Positions 17,256 through 31,065 of a stretch of 64,000 bases of DNA are shown here, in pieces. This stretch comes from Eledone cirrhosa. Lineage: Eukaryota. The position numbers were made by a program, and so were the translations under genes. The stretch covers positions 79,546,001-79,610,000 of the forward strand of contig OZ024747.1 of the NCBI GenBank assembly GCA_964016885.1, in the 5' to 3' direction. Every line of letters begins with the position of its first letter. The first letter of the stretch is position 1. Under the pieces are notes generated by a model. That model did no database searches, was not told the DNA's origin, and saw only the letters and a program-made list of their open reading frames with translations.

Positions 17256-17475
17256 AGTGTTTTGAGAAAAAATTTCAAATTTTCAATGCCCTAGGGACCG
17301 CATTAGGCGATTTAGCGATCTCTCTCTCTATAATTCTTCGTCTGTCTCTTTTTTAAATAGATACATAGCTACAACGTCGCGCCCTTATAATATCTGTCTG
17401 TATGTCTGGCTGCCTGCATTACGACATTATGACGCTGTGTGTGTGTATATATATATAGTGTGTGTATATATATAT

Positions 17476-17569
17476 ATTTACTTCTGCGTTCACAGATAGA
17501 TTTTTTTAGTTTCAGAAGATCCCGTTAAGGGTGAAAGCAGCGATGTTTTGCTTAAACTTTAATCTGTTA

Positions 17570-17578
<9 letters not shown>
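17476..17578 (+). mobile_element. Fragment of the repeat family also at 26955-27172 and 27228-28684
   Basis: Shared TTTCAGAAGATCCCGTTAAGGGTGAAAGCAGCGA...CTTAAACTTTAATCTGTT; lies in (TA)n. Confidence 0.75.
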
Positions 17579-17657
<79 letters not shown>

Positions 17658-17711
17658 TTTGTTGGTTCACCACTGGATAGAAACACCAGTCCAGCCTCCT
17701 GTTATTTTACA

Positions 17712-17779
<68 letters not shown>

Positions 17780-17888
17780 AAAAAGCTAGGAGAAGGAAGA
17801 GGGGGAAGAAGCGGAGGAGGAGGAGGGGGAGAGGGAGGAGAAGAAGAAGAAGAAGAAGAAGAAGAAGAAGAAGAAGAAGAAGAAGAAG

Positions 17889-17934
<46 letters not shown>

Positions 17935-17990
17935 TAGACCGAGTGAATTATTGTCACTTGGGTGTATATGGTAGACAGTTAAAATGGCGG

Positions 17991-18024
<34 letters not shown>

Positions 18025-18261
18025 ATTCATTCTAATTTAGGCACAAGACCTGCAATTTGTATGAAAGAGAAGTCGTCGATTATAATACGGACCCCAATAG
18101 TTTGCTGGTACTGACCTTGAAAGGATGAAAGACAAAATCAACCCTAGCACTTGTCCGACTCTAACAAATCTGTCTGTACGGCGTCTTCAGGAGGTGTGTG
18201 TATATATAATACCATTTGTTGAGACTATGGTAAAATCGCAGCGGCGTATATACATATACAC

Positions 18262-18632
18262 ATGGTGGCTGCCAACTCGTTTTCGAGTACGGTCACTACT
18301 TTATATCCATGCAAAAGAACCCCTACCGATGCGCTGAACGAGTGTGACTTTTTAGTCCAGCCAGCGACTTGGAAACTCTGGTACAAACACTACACTTCCT
18401 TCTCCTAGAATTCTGCCTTGACAAAGGCTAAGGGGTCATCTCTCCCGGTGATTTTGGATGGCCATTGACTCTTAAGAGCTCCTTTGCCCTTTGACAGGTT
18501 TTGTTTTTAGTCCTGCAGGATGTCCAAAGTCACCCTCCTCACCAAGAGACCTTGGTGGGGTTGCCAGTTTAGTCGCCAACGACCCGACCATGAGACAGGT
18601 TGTACTGGGATATATGTTACCAGTAGCACCAA
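18262..18632 (-). mobile_element. Non-autonomous RTE-derived element, copy 2 (internal deletion)
   Basis: Matches 37247-37856 with about 230 bp missing near 18397. Confidence 0.85.
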
Positions 18633-18778
18633 CATACATACATATATACATACATACATACATACATACATACATACATACATTACATACATACACACAC
18701 ACACACATACATACATACATACATACATACATACATACATACATACATACATACATACATACATACATACATACATAC

Positions 18779-19387
18779 ATGGTGGATGCCAACTCGTTTT
18801 CGAGTACGGCCACTACTTTATATCCATGTAGGAGAACCCCTACCGAACCCATACGAGTGTGACTTTTTAGTCCAGCCAGCGACTTGAAAATTCTGGTACA
18901 AACGTTACACTTGTGACAATTATTGACACATAGTCCTGGGCTCATGGTACCATGTGACGACAAGTGCAGGGAGATCTCCAGATATAAAGCAATGCCTGTG
19001 CCGTGAAGCTTTTATAGTGAGCAAAGGCACTGCGCAAAGCCAGTCCCACTCTCTTAACCAAGATGATATTTACCAAAAAGAAGAACACGTCAACATCATT
19101 GGATACCATCAGGGTTGCAGGTGTTATATCAGAGTTTTCCTTCTGCTATAATTCTGCCTTGACAAAGGCTAAGGGGTCATCTCTCCCGGTGATTTTGGAT
19201 GGCCATTGAATTCTTAAGAGCTCCTTTGCCCTTTGACAGGTTTTGTTTTTAGTCGTGCAGGATGTCCAAAGTCACCCTCCTCACCAAGAAACCTTGGTGG
19301 GGTTGCCAGTTTAGTCGCCAACGACCCGACCATGAGACAGGTTGTACTGGGATACATGTTACCAGTAGCACCAGCTGGTGACCTGAC
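18779..19387 (-). mobile_element. Non-autonomous RTE-derived element, copy 3 (full length)
   Basis: Full reverse-complement match to 37247-37856; (CATA)n on both sides. Confidence 0.9.
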
Positions 19388-19544
19388 ATACATACATACA
19401 TACATACATACATACATACATACATACATACATACATACATACATACATACATACATCTGAATACACACGTGTGTCTTTTCGTTCCTTTCTTCTTTTCAC
19501 TCTCTATCTCTATCTTTCTATTTTATCTTTTCTTTCTCATTCTA

Positions 19545-19580
19545 TCTTCTGATGAAGGACTAGTGTCCGAAACATTAAAT
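19545..19580 (+). ncRNA. Minimal type I hammerhead ribozyme motif (Penelope-like repeat fragment)
   Basis: CTGATGA-A-GGAC-TAGT-GTCC-GAAAC-ATTA: conserved core with a 4-bp stem II; stems I and III are weak. Confidence 0.6.
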
Positions 19581-19718
19581 TTCTTTCCCTATTGTTTCAA
19601 GCGTTAAACTAATATATTTCTTCATTGTACTGTGTCGTTTGCTTTGTTATTTTTGTTTACTTTTTACACACACACACATATATACATACATACATATACA
19701 TACATATAATAGACACAC

Positions 19719-19794
<76 letters not shown>

Positions 19795-19817
19795 CACATA
19801 CAATACATATATATTTA

Positions 19818-19994
19818 ATTGTTTCTACTTTTTGGCACAAGGCCAGCACTTATCCCAGTACATTACTGGTACTTTATTTTATCGACCCCGTAAGGATGAA
19901 AGGCAAAGTTAACCTCGGCGGGAATTGAACTCAGATCGTAAAGGGACGTAACTATGCTGGAAAGCATAATCCAACCCTCTACCGATACTACCAA
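19818..19994 (-). mobile_element. tRNA-derived SINE, family B
   Basis: Reverse complement of the family B consensus; flanked by direct repeat ATATATTTAAT. Confidence 0.85.
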
Positions 19995-20451
19995 TATATT
20001 TAATGACAACAGTTGAGACTATGTTAAAATGGCGGAGGGGTATATATATATAATGCCATCAGTTGATACTAACGATCAGTTGTAACTGATAATAAACCAA
20101 ACGACGCCATTAAAGACTGCCTAACAAAATATAATAGATGCTTCTTTCTAGCTTTTACTTCGTTTTTATTTGTCCATTTTCCCTCTTTTTTTACTGTGTG
20201 GGGGGAGGGGTGTGGGGAGGGGGTCAGTTCTATTCCTTATGTTTTAATTCATACCAAAGACATCAATTTTATTATTATTATTATTTTTATTTTTCTATGT
20301 TTTCCCACACCATTTTTTTATATTTAAAAAAAAAACATTTTCTTTTTTTTACGCCTCCCGTTTTTTTTAATGGTTAGATTAATTCTGATCATTTTCTTGG
20401 AGTGTTGTAAAAATAACGGAAAGGAGAGAGAGAAAGAGAGAGAGAGAAAGA

Positions 20452-20517
<66 letters not shown>

Positions 20518-20598
20518 AAGAGAATAAAGAGAAACAAAACAAACAGACAAAGGACAGAAGGAAAAAATAAAGTTAAAAAAGCGAGAAGGGAGAATTTA

Positions 20599-20653
<55 letters not shown>

Positions 20654-20925
20654 TAAATAATAATAATAACAACACCAACAACAACAACAATAAATAAATA
20701 AATAAATAAAAAGAGTTATTGAATAATAATAGCCTAATTAGTGGCGAAATGTTTTGGAAAGTATGAGGGGGAGTGTAAGGGGTGAAAATATCAGGAGGAA
20801 AGTGTGAGGGGGGAGGAAATTATGAGGGAGGAAAGTGAGGAGGGAAAGTGAGGGGGGAGAAGTATCTTTCTGGAGGATATATAGCTGGAAGATACGAATT
20901 CAAGAAACCAACTGTTGTCATTTGG

Positions 20926-21424
20926 GATGGTGGTGGTGGTGGTGGTAGTGGTGGTGGTGGTAGTGGTGGGTGGTGGTGGTAGTGGTGGTGGTGGTGGTGG
21001 TGGTGGTGGTGGTGGTGGTGGCGGTGGTGGTAGTTGTGGTGGTGGTGGCGGTGGTGGTAGTTGTGGTGGGTGTTAGTGGTAGTTGTGGTGGTGGTGTTGG
21101 TGGTGGAGGTGGTGGTGGTGATAGTGGTGGTGGTGGTGGTAGTGGTAGTGGTGGTGGTGGTGGTGTTGGTGTTGGTGGTGATGGTGGGTGTTGGTGGTAG
21201 TTGTGGTGGTGGTGTTGGTGGTAGTTGTGGTGGTGGTGTTGGTGGTGGTGTTGGTGGTGAGTGTTGTTGGTGGTGGTGGTAGTGGTAGTGGTGGTGTTGG
21301 TGGTGGTGGTGGTAGTGATGGTGGTAGTGATGGTGGTGTTGGTGGTGGGTGTTGGTGGTGGGTGTTGGTGGTGGTGTAGTCGTGGTGGTGGTAGTGGTGG
21401 GTGGTGGTGGTAGTGGTGGTGATA
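20926..21424. repeat. Degenerate (GGT)n trinucleotide tract
   Basis: Seen directly. Confidence 0.9.
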
Positions 21425-21734
21425 GTTGTGTTATATATTCTGGCTTTTTACATTCTGAGTTCAAATCCCGCCGATATCAACTTTGCCTTTCATCCTTCCA
21501 GATCGATAAATAAAGTACAAGTGAAGTACTGCGGTTAATCTAATCAACTTGGCCATTTCCTCCTTCAAAATTTGCTGGCATTGACTTCAAAATGTATTTT
21601 AACAGTCAAGGGTCACGTGGCTTAGTTTTTAAGGGTACTCGGCTCAGGATCGTGAGTTCGATTCTCAGCAGCGTATTGTGAACATCAGTAACAACAACAG
21701 TCAAAAACCAGCGGAACCAACCACAATATATATA

Positions 21735-21920
21735 ATTGTTTCTACTCTTGGCACAAGGCCAGCAATTACCCAGTGCATTACTGGTACTTTATTTTATCGA
21801 CCCCGTAAGGATGAAAGGCAAAGTTAACCTCGGCGGTATTTGAACTCAGAATGGCAAGGGCCGCAACTCTATACGTCAAAGCATGGCGTCCGACCCTCTA
21901 CCGATACTGCCAATCCACCA
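21735..21920 (-). mobile_element. tRNA-derived SINE, family B
   Basis: Full head, core and tail on the minus strand. Confidence 0.85.
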
Positions 21921-22031
21921 TATAATAAATACTGAAACAGTAATAGAGACATTTTCTGCTGTGATTGATGTGGAAAGATAGTTCTCATAACTTTCTTTCT
22001 TCAGAGATGTTTATACGTCTGGTCGAAATAA

Positions 22032-22162
<131 letters not shown>

Positions 22163-22205
22163 TCTCTCTCTCTCTCTCTCTGTCTCTCTCTTTTTCTCTC
22201 TCTCA

Positions 22206-22273
<68 letters not shown>

Positions 22274-22681
22274 ATCTTTCTCTTTCTCTTTCTCTCTTAC
22301 ACACACACATCTGTCACTCTCTCGCTCTCTCTCTCACACACATACACATTCTCACTTTCACTCTCACTCTCTCTCTATATTTCTTTCTCTCTCTCACACA
22401 CACATACACACACACTCACACACATAAACTCACATATACAAATATATGTCCCTATTATATCAAGCATTAAACTAATATATTTTTTTATTGTATTGTGTTG
22501 TTTGCTCTGCTGTTTCCGTTTACCTTTTACACATATATATGTGTATAGGTGTGTGTGTGTGTGAATATACACATGCACACATGCGTGCTCGTACACATTA
22601 ATAACAACACTAAAACGGATGAACGAATGCCCAAACTTTCTAATACTTCTCACACCTCTCCCCTTCTCACCCATCCCCTCT

Positions 22682-23250
22682 CACCACCGCCACTGCAACC
22701 ACTACCATCACTACCTCCACCACCGCCGCCACCACCACCACCACCACCACGACCACTACCACCACCACCTCCACTACAACCACTACCACCACTACAACCA
22801 CTACCATCACTACCTCCACCACCGCCGCCACCACCACCACCACCACCACGACCACCACTACCACTACCACCACCACCTCCACTACAACCACTACCACCAC
22901 TACAACCACTACCACCATTACCACCACTACAACCACTACCATCCCTACCACCACTACAACCACTACCACCACTACAACCACTACCACCACCACTATAACC
23001 ACGATCACCACAACCACGACCACCACCACTATAACCACGACTACCACAACCACTACCACCACTACTGCCACTACCACCACCACCGCCACCACCACCACCA
23101 TACCATCACCACTACCACCACCACCGCCACCACCACCACCATACCATCACCACTACTACCACGACCACCACTACCGCCACTACCGTCACCACCACCACCA
23201 CCACCACATCACTACCACCACTACCACCCCTACTATCAGCAACAACAACT
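22682..23250. repeat. Degenerate (CAC/CTA)n trinucleotide tract
   Basis: Seen directly. Confidence 0.9.
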
Positions 23251-23461
23251 ACACCCAATCAATAATGTTAACGATCTTTCAATATCTGGGTTTAATAGCA
23301 ATCTATAGACAAGCTGTTGAATTTTATGTTCTGGAATAGGTGAAAGACCAGCACATTCGGGCGCCAAATAGATAGACACATGTATGGGAATGTGTGTGTG
23401 TGTGTGTGTACTGCATACGCAACCCCATTTAGTCAGCATGTTTACCATAAGTATATATATA

Positions 23462-23550
<89 letters not shown>

Positions 23551-23552
<2 letters not shown>

Positions 23553-24819
23553 CTTTGATAACTTTGATAGGTTTCGGCCAGTATAGGCCCAAGCCATGTC
23601 TAACTTAATAGCACCACCTGGCGAAGTCTTACAAATCAGTGTTTGGGCACCATGGCCCACTCGAGCAGAGAGTAATTGTTTACGGAGGCATATCCGGGTG
23701 TAGGAGGCTTATCCGGGATTTCTTGAAGGAATTTATCCAAAGACTTCTTGAACCTGATGGGGTCTATCTCTGCTTTGATATGTCTTGGTGTAATGTTAAA
23801 GAGTGCAGGGCCAATTGAGGTGAAATAATTGTGCCGTATTGTTGTTATGTGATGCGAGTGGGATTTTTGTCGTGGGCGGATAGCACGCCGCCCATGCCTT
23901 GGGTGTACACTGAAGGTGATGCCAACATCATTTGGGCTAAGCTGATGGAATATTTTCCACATCATACAGATAATGTAGCGCTCACGGCGACGTTGAAGAG
24001 AATAAAGTTTGAGCTTTTCTAATCGACCCCAATAGTCATGGCCTGTCATGCCATCTATCTTTTTTGTAATTGACCTTTGAGGTGCTTCAACTTTCATGGT
24101 TCTTTGTTTCGTGTGGGGTGACCACAGTGGCCAACAGTATTCAAGGTGGGGTCGGGCAAAAGTGGAGAAGAGAAGGACAACAGTGTGGATATCTCTCGAC
24201 TGGAAAGTTCTGAGAATCCAGGAACACATTCTGCAGGCCATATCAACTTTGCTGTTTATATGAGTGGCCCAGCTTATATTGTTGTCCACAATTACTCCCA
24301 GGTCTTTGATGTTATTGGAAGCCACTAGAGTTTCACCCGAAGGAAGAGAGTATGGTAGTTTCAGGGCATCCTTTTTTTCCAAAGTGGATTAGTTCAAATT
24401 TACAACAGCATATTATTCATCTCTGCCCATTGGATAACAGCCAGTAGGTCTGACTGAAGGCAAGTCCGGTCACCCACCTCATTGATGACGTTGTTGAGCT
24501 TAGAATCATCTGCGAAGATTCTGATGTTGCTGTGTTTGATGATGTCAGTAATGTCATTAATGTAAATGATGAAAAGAAGTGGGCCCAACACAGTGCCTTG
24601 TGGGACGCCACTGCGGACTTTGGCAGGGCTTGATTTTACTCCTTCGACTACAACATGCTGGGTTCTGCCTGTCAGGAAACATTTGATCCACTGTAGTAAC
24701 CTTCCAGAGACACCAGCATTGGATAGTTTTTTCAGTAGAATCTTATGATCAACCCTGTCGAAGGCCTTGCTGAAATCAAGGTAGATGACATCAGTGTTGG
24801 AGTCCTCTCCCAAGGCTCT

Positions 24820-24821
<2 letters not shown>
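23551..24821 (-). mobile_element. 5'-truncated CR1-group LINE (RT C-terminal part + 3' UTR)
   Basis: YLDFSKAFDRVDH, SGVPQGTVLGPLLFIIYIND, FADD, KDLGV, RPHLEY, LYSLQRRRER; break near 24390; tail (TATCAAAGT)2; inside (TA)n. Confidence 0.92.
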
Positions 24822-24859
<38 letters not shown>

Positions 24860-25024
24860 TTATGTAATAAACAACACAATATAATAATTATTCCATTACC
24901 GAAGGTTTCACGAAGTTAGACGATTCTAACAGAAACGTCTGCTATCAGACACTTCTGTTAGAATCGTCTAACTTCGTAAAACCTTGAGTAATGGAATAAT
25001 TATATTGTGTTGTTTATTACATAA
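24860..25024. repeat. Fold-back palindrome, ~80-bp arms, 4-nt loop
   Basis: Axis GTCTG-CTAT-CAGAC at 24937-24950; one arm reads GAAACCTTCGGTA (hammerhead 3'-half-like). Confidence 0.9.
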
Positions 25025-25314
25025 TTAAATAGCTCTGTACTATACATGGCGCACTCTTCTTTCCTTTACCTTTTCCACAGAAATACTTAACACACACACA
25101 TATACATATATAAGGAAAATACTTAACACACACACATATACATATATAAGGAAAAGAAATCGAAAATGCAACTGGAGTCTTTTTGAGAATATTTATTTAT
25201 TTCCTTTACCGGTTTCAGTTATTATGCTTTTCAAAAGTAGAATTGAGATGGAGTGTTTGTGGTTTTTCTCGCATCTCATACATACATACATACATACATA
25301 CATACATACATACA

Positions 25315-25363
<49 letters not shown>

Positions 25364-26154
25364 GTACATATACACAGAAACGTGTGCGCGCGTAAGTTTC
25401 TGTACCCAAACGAAAGAAAAGACAACCGAGTTTCGTTGAATGGCGAAATAAAGGGAGTGCCAACTAGGTTGTAGCCAGGGACCCTACAATATCTAAAATG
25501 TCTCAAATTAATGTCTTTACTACCAGAAATACTACGTCAGGTCCCTATTCTTTGGAATACTCAGCCAGCTTCATATTTACACGTTAATTTCATGAGCTGG
25601 ATGTCCCGTTGATCACAACTGGAACACTCATCGTCGAAACTGACGTAGATCCATATCAGTTGGGCGATAGTAGCATCTGTAGTGTCTCATATATTTCCAA
25701 TGCAAATCATGTTATATTCCAACAGAGTTCATCCCTGGAAGACCACTAGAAACGATATTAACATTCATTGAAGATAGTTTCTTAATCAATAATACACACC
25801 TTCTTCTTCTCCACCAGATTGAACAAGTCTTCTTCTTCTCCTCCTCCTCCTCCTCCTCCTCCTCTCTTGACTCTCTCTCTCTCTTGTCTCTCTCTTCTCT
25901 CTCTCTTGTCTCTCTCTTCTCTCTCTCTTCTCTCTCTCTTGTCTCTCTCTTTTATCTCTCTCTCTTGTCTCTCTCTCTTGTTTCTCTCTCTTGTCTCTCT
26001 CTCTTGTCTCTCTCTCTCTCCCTCTTCTCTCTCTCCTGTTTTTCTCTCTTGTCTCTCTCTTAGAGAATTCTTCCAGTTAATGGTTCTACTGTCAGTGATA
26101 CGTTGTTTTACCTTTGCTTTCTAACACTCACCCATACACACACACAAACACACA

Positions 26155-26212
<58 letters not shown>

Positions 26213-26545
26213 CAAATATATTTTACATAGGGGTGGTTAGGTTAGTAAATATACATCTTTCACACTATCTTCCGATCTTGTATCAGTTCTGTCGAATGTT
26301 CTCAACATAACAACCTTCTCAATTCTAACTGATGGTTTATTCATACCTTCACACCTTCTATATCTTCTCATTAACTTTTATAATGAATTGACCGAGTCAA
26401 ATGTTTAACCATACAAATCCTACAATATAGTAGTAAAGGCGCTTGACTTAATGTTCAGGGCTCGCGAACGTGAGTTCCATAGTGTCTGTAAATTTCGATA
26501 GATACATATAGCAATATAGCAACAGATCTCTCTCTCCCTCCCCCC

Positions 26546-26612
<67 letters not shown>

Positions 26613-26750
26613 AGTAGAAGTTGTATATAATTTGTTGGAAGTCCGACAAACATAAATATTTATAACTGATTTAGGGCTCTCAACAAGTTACTGGAGTAAA
26701 TATTCAATGATATTAAATAAATGGAAACTATATTTATAAAAGCATATTTA

Positions 26751-26811
26751 TTTTATTATATATATTTCAAGGGCAACCAAGACAACATTGGTACACTTTC
26801 ATCAGATAAAA
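26751..26811 (-). ncRNA. Type I hammerhead ribozyme motif
   Basis: Minus strand TTTTAT-CTGATGA-AAG..CCAA..TTGG..CTT-GAAATATATA-TAATAAAA; same layout as 35698-35762. Confidence 0.55.
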
Positions 26812-26907
26812 TAGAAAGTTTGTTTTATAAATAGAGACGTACCCATGAAAATCGTACCTTATCGGTTGGAAATTCACTGGATAGTGTATATATATATTCA
26901 CTGGATA

Positions 26908-26944
<37 letters not shown>

Positions 26945-26954
26945 GTAATAATAA

Positions 26955-27172
26955 TAAATTTGAAGACTAAAATCCAAAGAGGGCTCGATAAGGAAAATAT
27001 ATATCAAATATATAAGAACCGTAGAGCAAATATTTATTAAAATAACAGATTAAAGTTTAAGCAAAGAATCGCTGCTTTCACCCTTAACGGGATCTTCTGA
27101 AACTCAGAAGATCCCGTTAAGGGTGAAAGCAGCGATTCTTTGCTTAAACTTTAATCTGTTATTTTAATAAAT
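26955..27172 (-). mobile_element. Repeat-family copy with fold-back palindrome (~68-bp arms, 27031-27172)
   Basis: Axis TCTTCTGA-AAC-TCAGAAGA; the short arm ends in (TA)n. Confidence 0.85.
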
Positions 27173-27338
27173 ATATATATACATATATATATATATTCAT
27201 ATATATATATATATATATATATAGTAATTATGAATGTGAAGACTAAAATCGGAAGAGGGCTCGATAAGGAATATATATATATATAAGCCGGTAGAGCAAA
27301 TATTTATTATAAGAACAGATTAAAGTTTAAGCAAATAA

Positions 27339-28466
27339 CACCGTGTAACAAAAAAAAAATGTTTCTCTGTTTCTGGCTTGTAATCACTTTTTTTTGTGTT
27401 GCTTAGGTCCCAAATAAATAAAAAAAAAAGTGCTATTAAACAGTTAAAAGTTTGTGTTTGTAAACATTCTAAGCTATTCACTAGAATTATTTGTATGCTG
27501 GATTTTACGTTGTATGTAAGTTTAATTTGCTTATGTTAAATAATTTTTTTTATATATGTTTCAGGTTAAATTAAAACTATAAAATAAAGAGTAATACCTA
27601 AAGAAAATTATAAAAGTGCAATAAAGTATAAAATTGTTAAAAAGTGGATTAAAGAGATTTATTGATACTGGGGTACCAGAAAAAGTTCCTCACTTCCCAA
27701 ACCAAAAAGAAGTCAATGACTTGGTCAGGGATATGGGTCTGACCAAGTCCAATGCAGAGCTATTCGTCTCCAGGATGAAGCAGTGGAACTTGGTCAAGGA
27801 GGAAGTGCAGGTGACAAGTCAGAGAAGTCGACACGAACCTTTCTCAGGCTTTTACACTCTTAGGGATGGCCTCTGCTTCTGCCATGACGTGCCTGGACTG
27901 TTTGACGTTATTGGGGTGCCGTTTGTGCCCAAGGAGTGGAGGCTATTTATAGACAGCTCCAACTTAAACTCCATATGCTGGACGCTCACCTGGAAAAATT
28001 CAAGGACAATATGGGCGCCTACTCAGAAGAACAAAGCGAACGATTCCACCAAGATGTGAAAGAGATAGAGAGGAGGTACCAGGGCCACTACAATGAAAAA
28101 ATGATGGGGGACTATATCTGGGGGCTAGTGCGGGAATGCGACCTGGACTACAACCGCAAATCCAGGAAACCCAGTCATTTCTGACGTGTATAAGTTGCTT
28201 TATAAGTGTTATTTGTTTTTACTTGTTTGCTTTTGATAAGCTTGTGTAATAAAATAAATATATACTCTGTTGATTTAATTATATGAACTGATAAATTTTT
28301 TAAAAAATGTGTTTTTTCTTGAAAAATATGAAAATTTCGAAATATCAAACTCCTATCCACAAACCCAAACTTGTGATTAAATAATAGTGTTCTTTTATAA
28401 TAGTGGGATATAAAAAACCAGGAAATAATACTTAGAACCGAGGAACAAATAGTATGTTACACGGTG
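27339..28466 (+). mobile_element. Chapaev3-type (CMC superfamily) DNA transposon, internally deleted
   Basis: TIRs CACCGTGTAACA and TGTTACACGGTG, 3-bp TAA target duplication, transposase remnants. Confidence 0.85.
27680..28184 (+). pseudogene. Chapaev3 transposase remnant (N- and C-terminal blocks joined by deletion and frameshift)
   Basis: NDLVRDMGLTKSNAELFVSRMKQWNL..EWRLFIDSS joined to LKLHMLDAHL..SEEQSERFHQD..ERRYQG..MMGDYIW. Confidence 0.82.
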
Positions 28467-29341
28467 TAATCGATGCTTTCACCGTTAACGGGATCGTCTG
28501 AAACTAAAAAAAAATCAATCTGTTGTGGACGCAGAAGTAAATATTTCGAAAAACGTTACAACCGAAGTATGATGACAGTGGCCACGCGATTTCGATCTCA
28601 TTAGACAGCTCTATAGAGCTCTATAGAGTTGTCTGATGAGATCATGGCACTGGTTAGGTGGAATCGCGTGGCCACTGTCGTCATTGAAATATATATCACA
28701 GCCTTATCAATAATGGACTTTAACATCTGCAACTACTTCGTATTTTCTTATTCTAAATATACTCCGTCACCCCTATGTGGAAAAAATACGTAGAGTGCTT
28801 GAATTGAATTGCATCAATAGTTTATATATATATAGTTCAGCTGGTAAACTTAAAAATAGGAACACGTGATTTCTTTATGCTGCGCAATAACGAAACATTG
28901 GAAGTAAATTAGTTCTCGAGATATGGTAGGCTTCTTCCTCCTCCTATAACACCACTACCACCACCACTACCACCACCAATACCACCACCACTACCACCAC
29001 CACTACCACCACTACCATCACCACTACCACCATCACCACCACCAACACCAAAACAACCACTACCACCACCGCTACCAACACTACCACCACCACTGCCACA
29101 GGTTTCACCTTCAGCTGGTGTTGCTACTCATTTTATCTATCTGGGTGGAGTGGATCAACGTAAAATAAAGTATCTTGCTCAAGGAAACACCGCGCTGTCG
29201 GGAAACGAACTCATGAACTTATGATCGTGAGCTGAACATCCTACTCACTATTAAGACACAGACATACTCTCTCTCTCTTTCTCACTTACACACATACATA
29301 CATACTCACGCACTCACACAGACGAATACAAACACAAATAC

Positions 29342-29372
<31 letters not shown>

Positions 29373-29405
29373 CATACATACATACATACATACATACATA
29401 CATAC

Positions 29406-29736
29406 ATGGTGGCTGCCAACTCGTTTTCGAGTACGGCCACTACTTTATATCCATGTAGGAGAACTCCTACCGATGCGCTGAACGAGTGTGACTTCTTAGT
29501 CCAGCCAGCGACTTGAAAACTCTGGTACAAACACTACACTTGTGACAATTATTGACACATAGTGCTGGGCCCATGGTACCATGTGACAACAAGTGCAGAG
29601 AGATCTCCAGATATAAAGCAATGCCTGTGCCGTGAAGCTTTTATAGTGAGCAAAGGCACTGCACAAAGCCAGTCCCACTCTCTTAACCAAGATGATATTT
29701 ACCAAAAAGAAGAAGTCAACATCATTGGATACCATC
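29406..29736 (-). mobile_element. Non-autonomous RTE-derived element, 5'-truncated copy 4
   Basis: Matches the 3' half of 37247-37856; (CATA)n on both sides. Confidence 0.85.
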
Positions 29737-29790
29737 ATACATACATACATACGTACATATATATTTACTTACATACATATATACATATAC

Positions 29791-29849
<59 letters not shown>

Positions 29850-30055
29850 GTAACTTGTAATATAGATCAAACCCTGCATACACACATACATACATATATA
29901 CTTACTTACATACATAAAGTGATACATATATACTTACTTAGATACATATACATACATATATATTTACACACATACATATATACTTACATACATACATATA
30001 TACTTACTTACATACAAATATACATATACATACATACATACATACATACATACAT

Positions 30056-30116
<61 letters not shown>

Positions 30117-30136
30117 TACATACATACATACATACA

Positions 30137-30169
<33 letters not shown>

Positions 30170-30292
30170 TATGTAACTTTTAATATAGATCAAAGCCGTC
30201 ATACACACATACAGACTGCATATATATATATATGTATATTGAAAGAGAAGAAAGAGATATAGATATAGATAGATAGAGAGAGAGAAGGAGAG

Positions 30293-30353
<61 letters not shown>

Positions 30354-30733
30354 TAGATAGATAGAGAGAGAGAGAGATAGAGAGATAGATAGAGAGATAG
30401 ATAAAGGAGAGAGAGAGAGATACAGACAATTTCTGTCGAATTGTTTATTTTTCCATCTCTGTATTTAGAACAAAACTGTCCATTTCCCAGACACATCAAA
30501 TTCGCCATCATTCCCATCGTTTTTCGTCCAACAGATCTTTAGCTTCGTACCAATAAAAGGACGTGTTACAGAGCTAAACTACATTATTTTTCAATGAAAT
30601 CCAATTATTGTTCTCACCGTGATTCCTCCCTACTTCCCTTTCTCTTCCCCCTCTCTCTCTCTCACTCTCTCTCTGTATATATATATATATATATATATAC
30701 TTACACATAGTTATCTATCTATCTATACCTATC

Positions 30734-30838
<105 letters not shown>

Positions 30839-31065
30839 CTTTCTTTTTTCCTTCTTTTTTTTTCTTTCATTTATTTCGGTTAAAACGTAACGAAAACAAT
30901 ATTTCCCCAAAACAAAAGAAAGATTTAGGCGAAGGTGTGTGTGTGTGTGTATGTGTGTGTGTATGTGTTTGAGTGTGTGTTTCCTTTCTTTTATATTTGT
31001 TTGCTAACGATAAGAGATAAAAGAGGTTCTTAGAAGTACCGTTTCGACAGAGAAATAAAGAACTG

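Larger units (their letters stand above)
27228..28684 (-). mobile_element. Longer copy of the same family, interrupted by Chapaev3 and ending in a palindrome (28569-28684)
   Basis: Sequence on either side of 27339-28466 is colinear with 26955-27100 and 17476-17578; palindrome contains CTGATGAGATC and GAAATCGCG. Confidence 0.7.
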
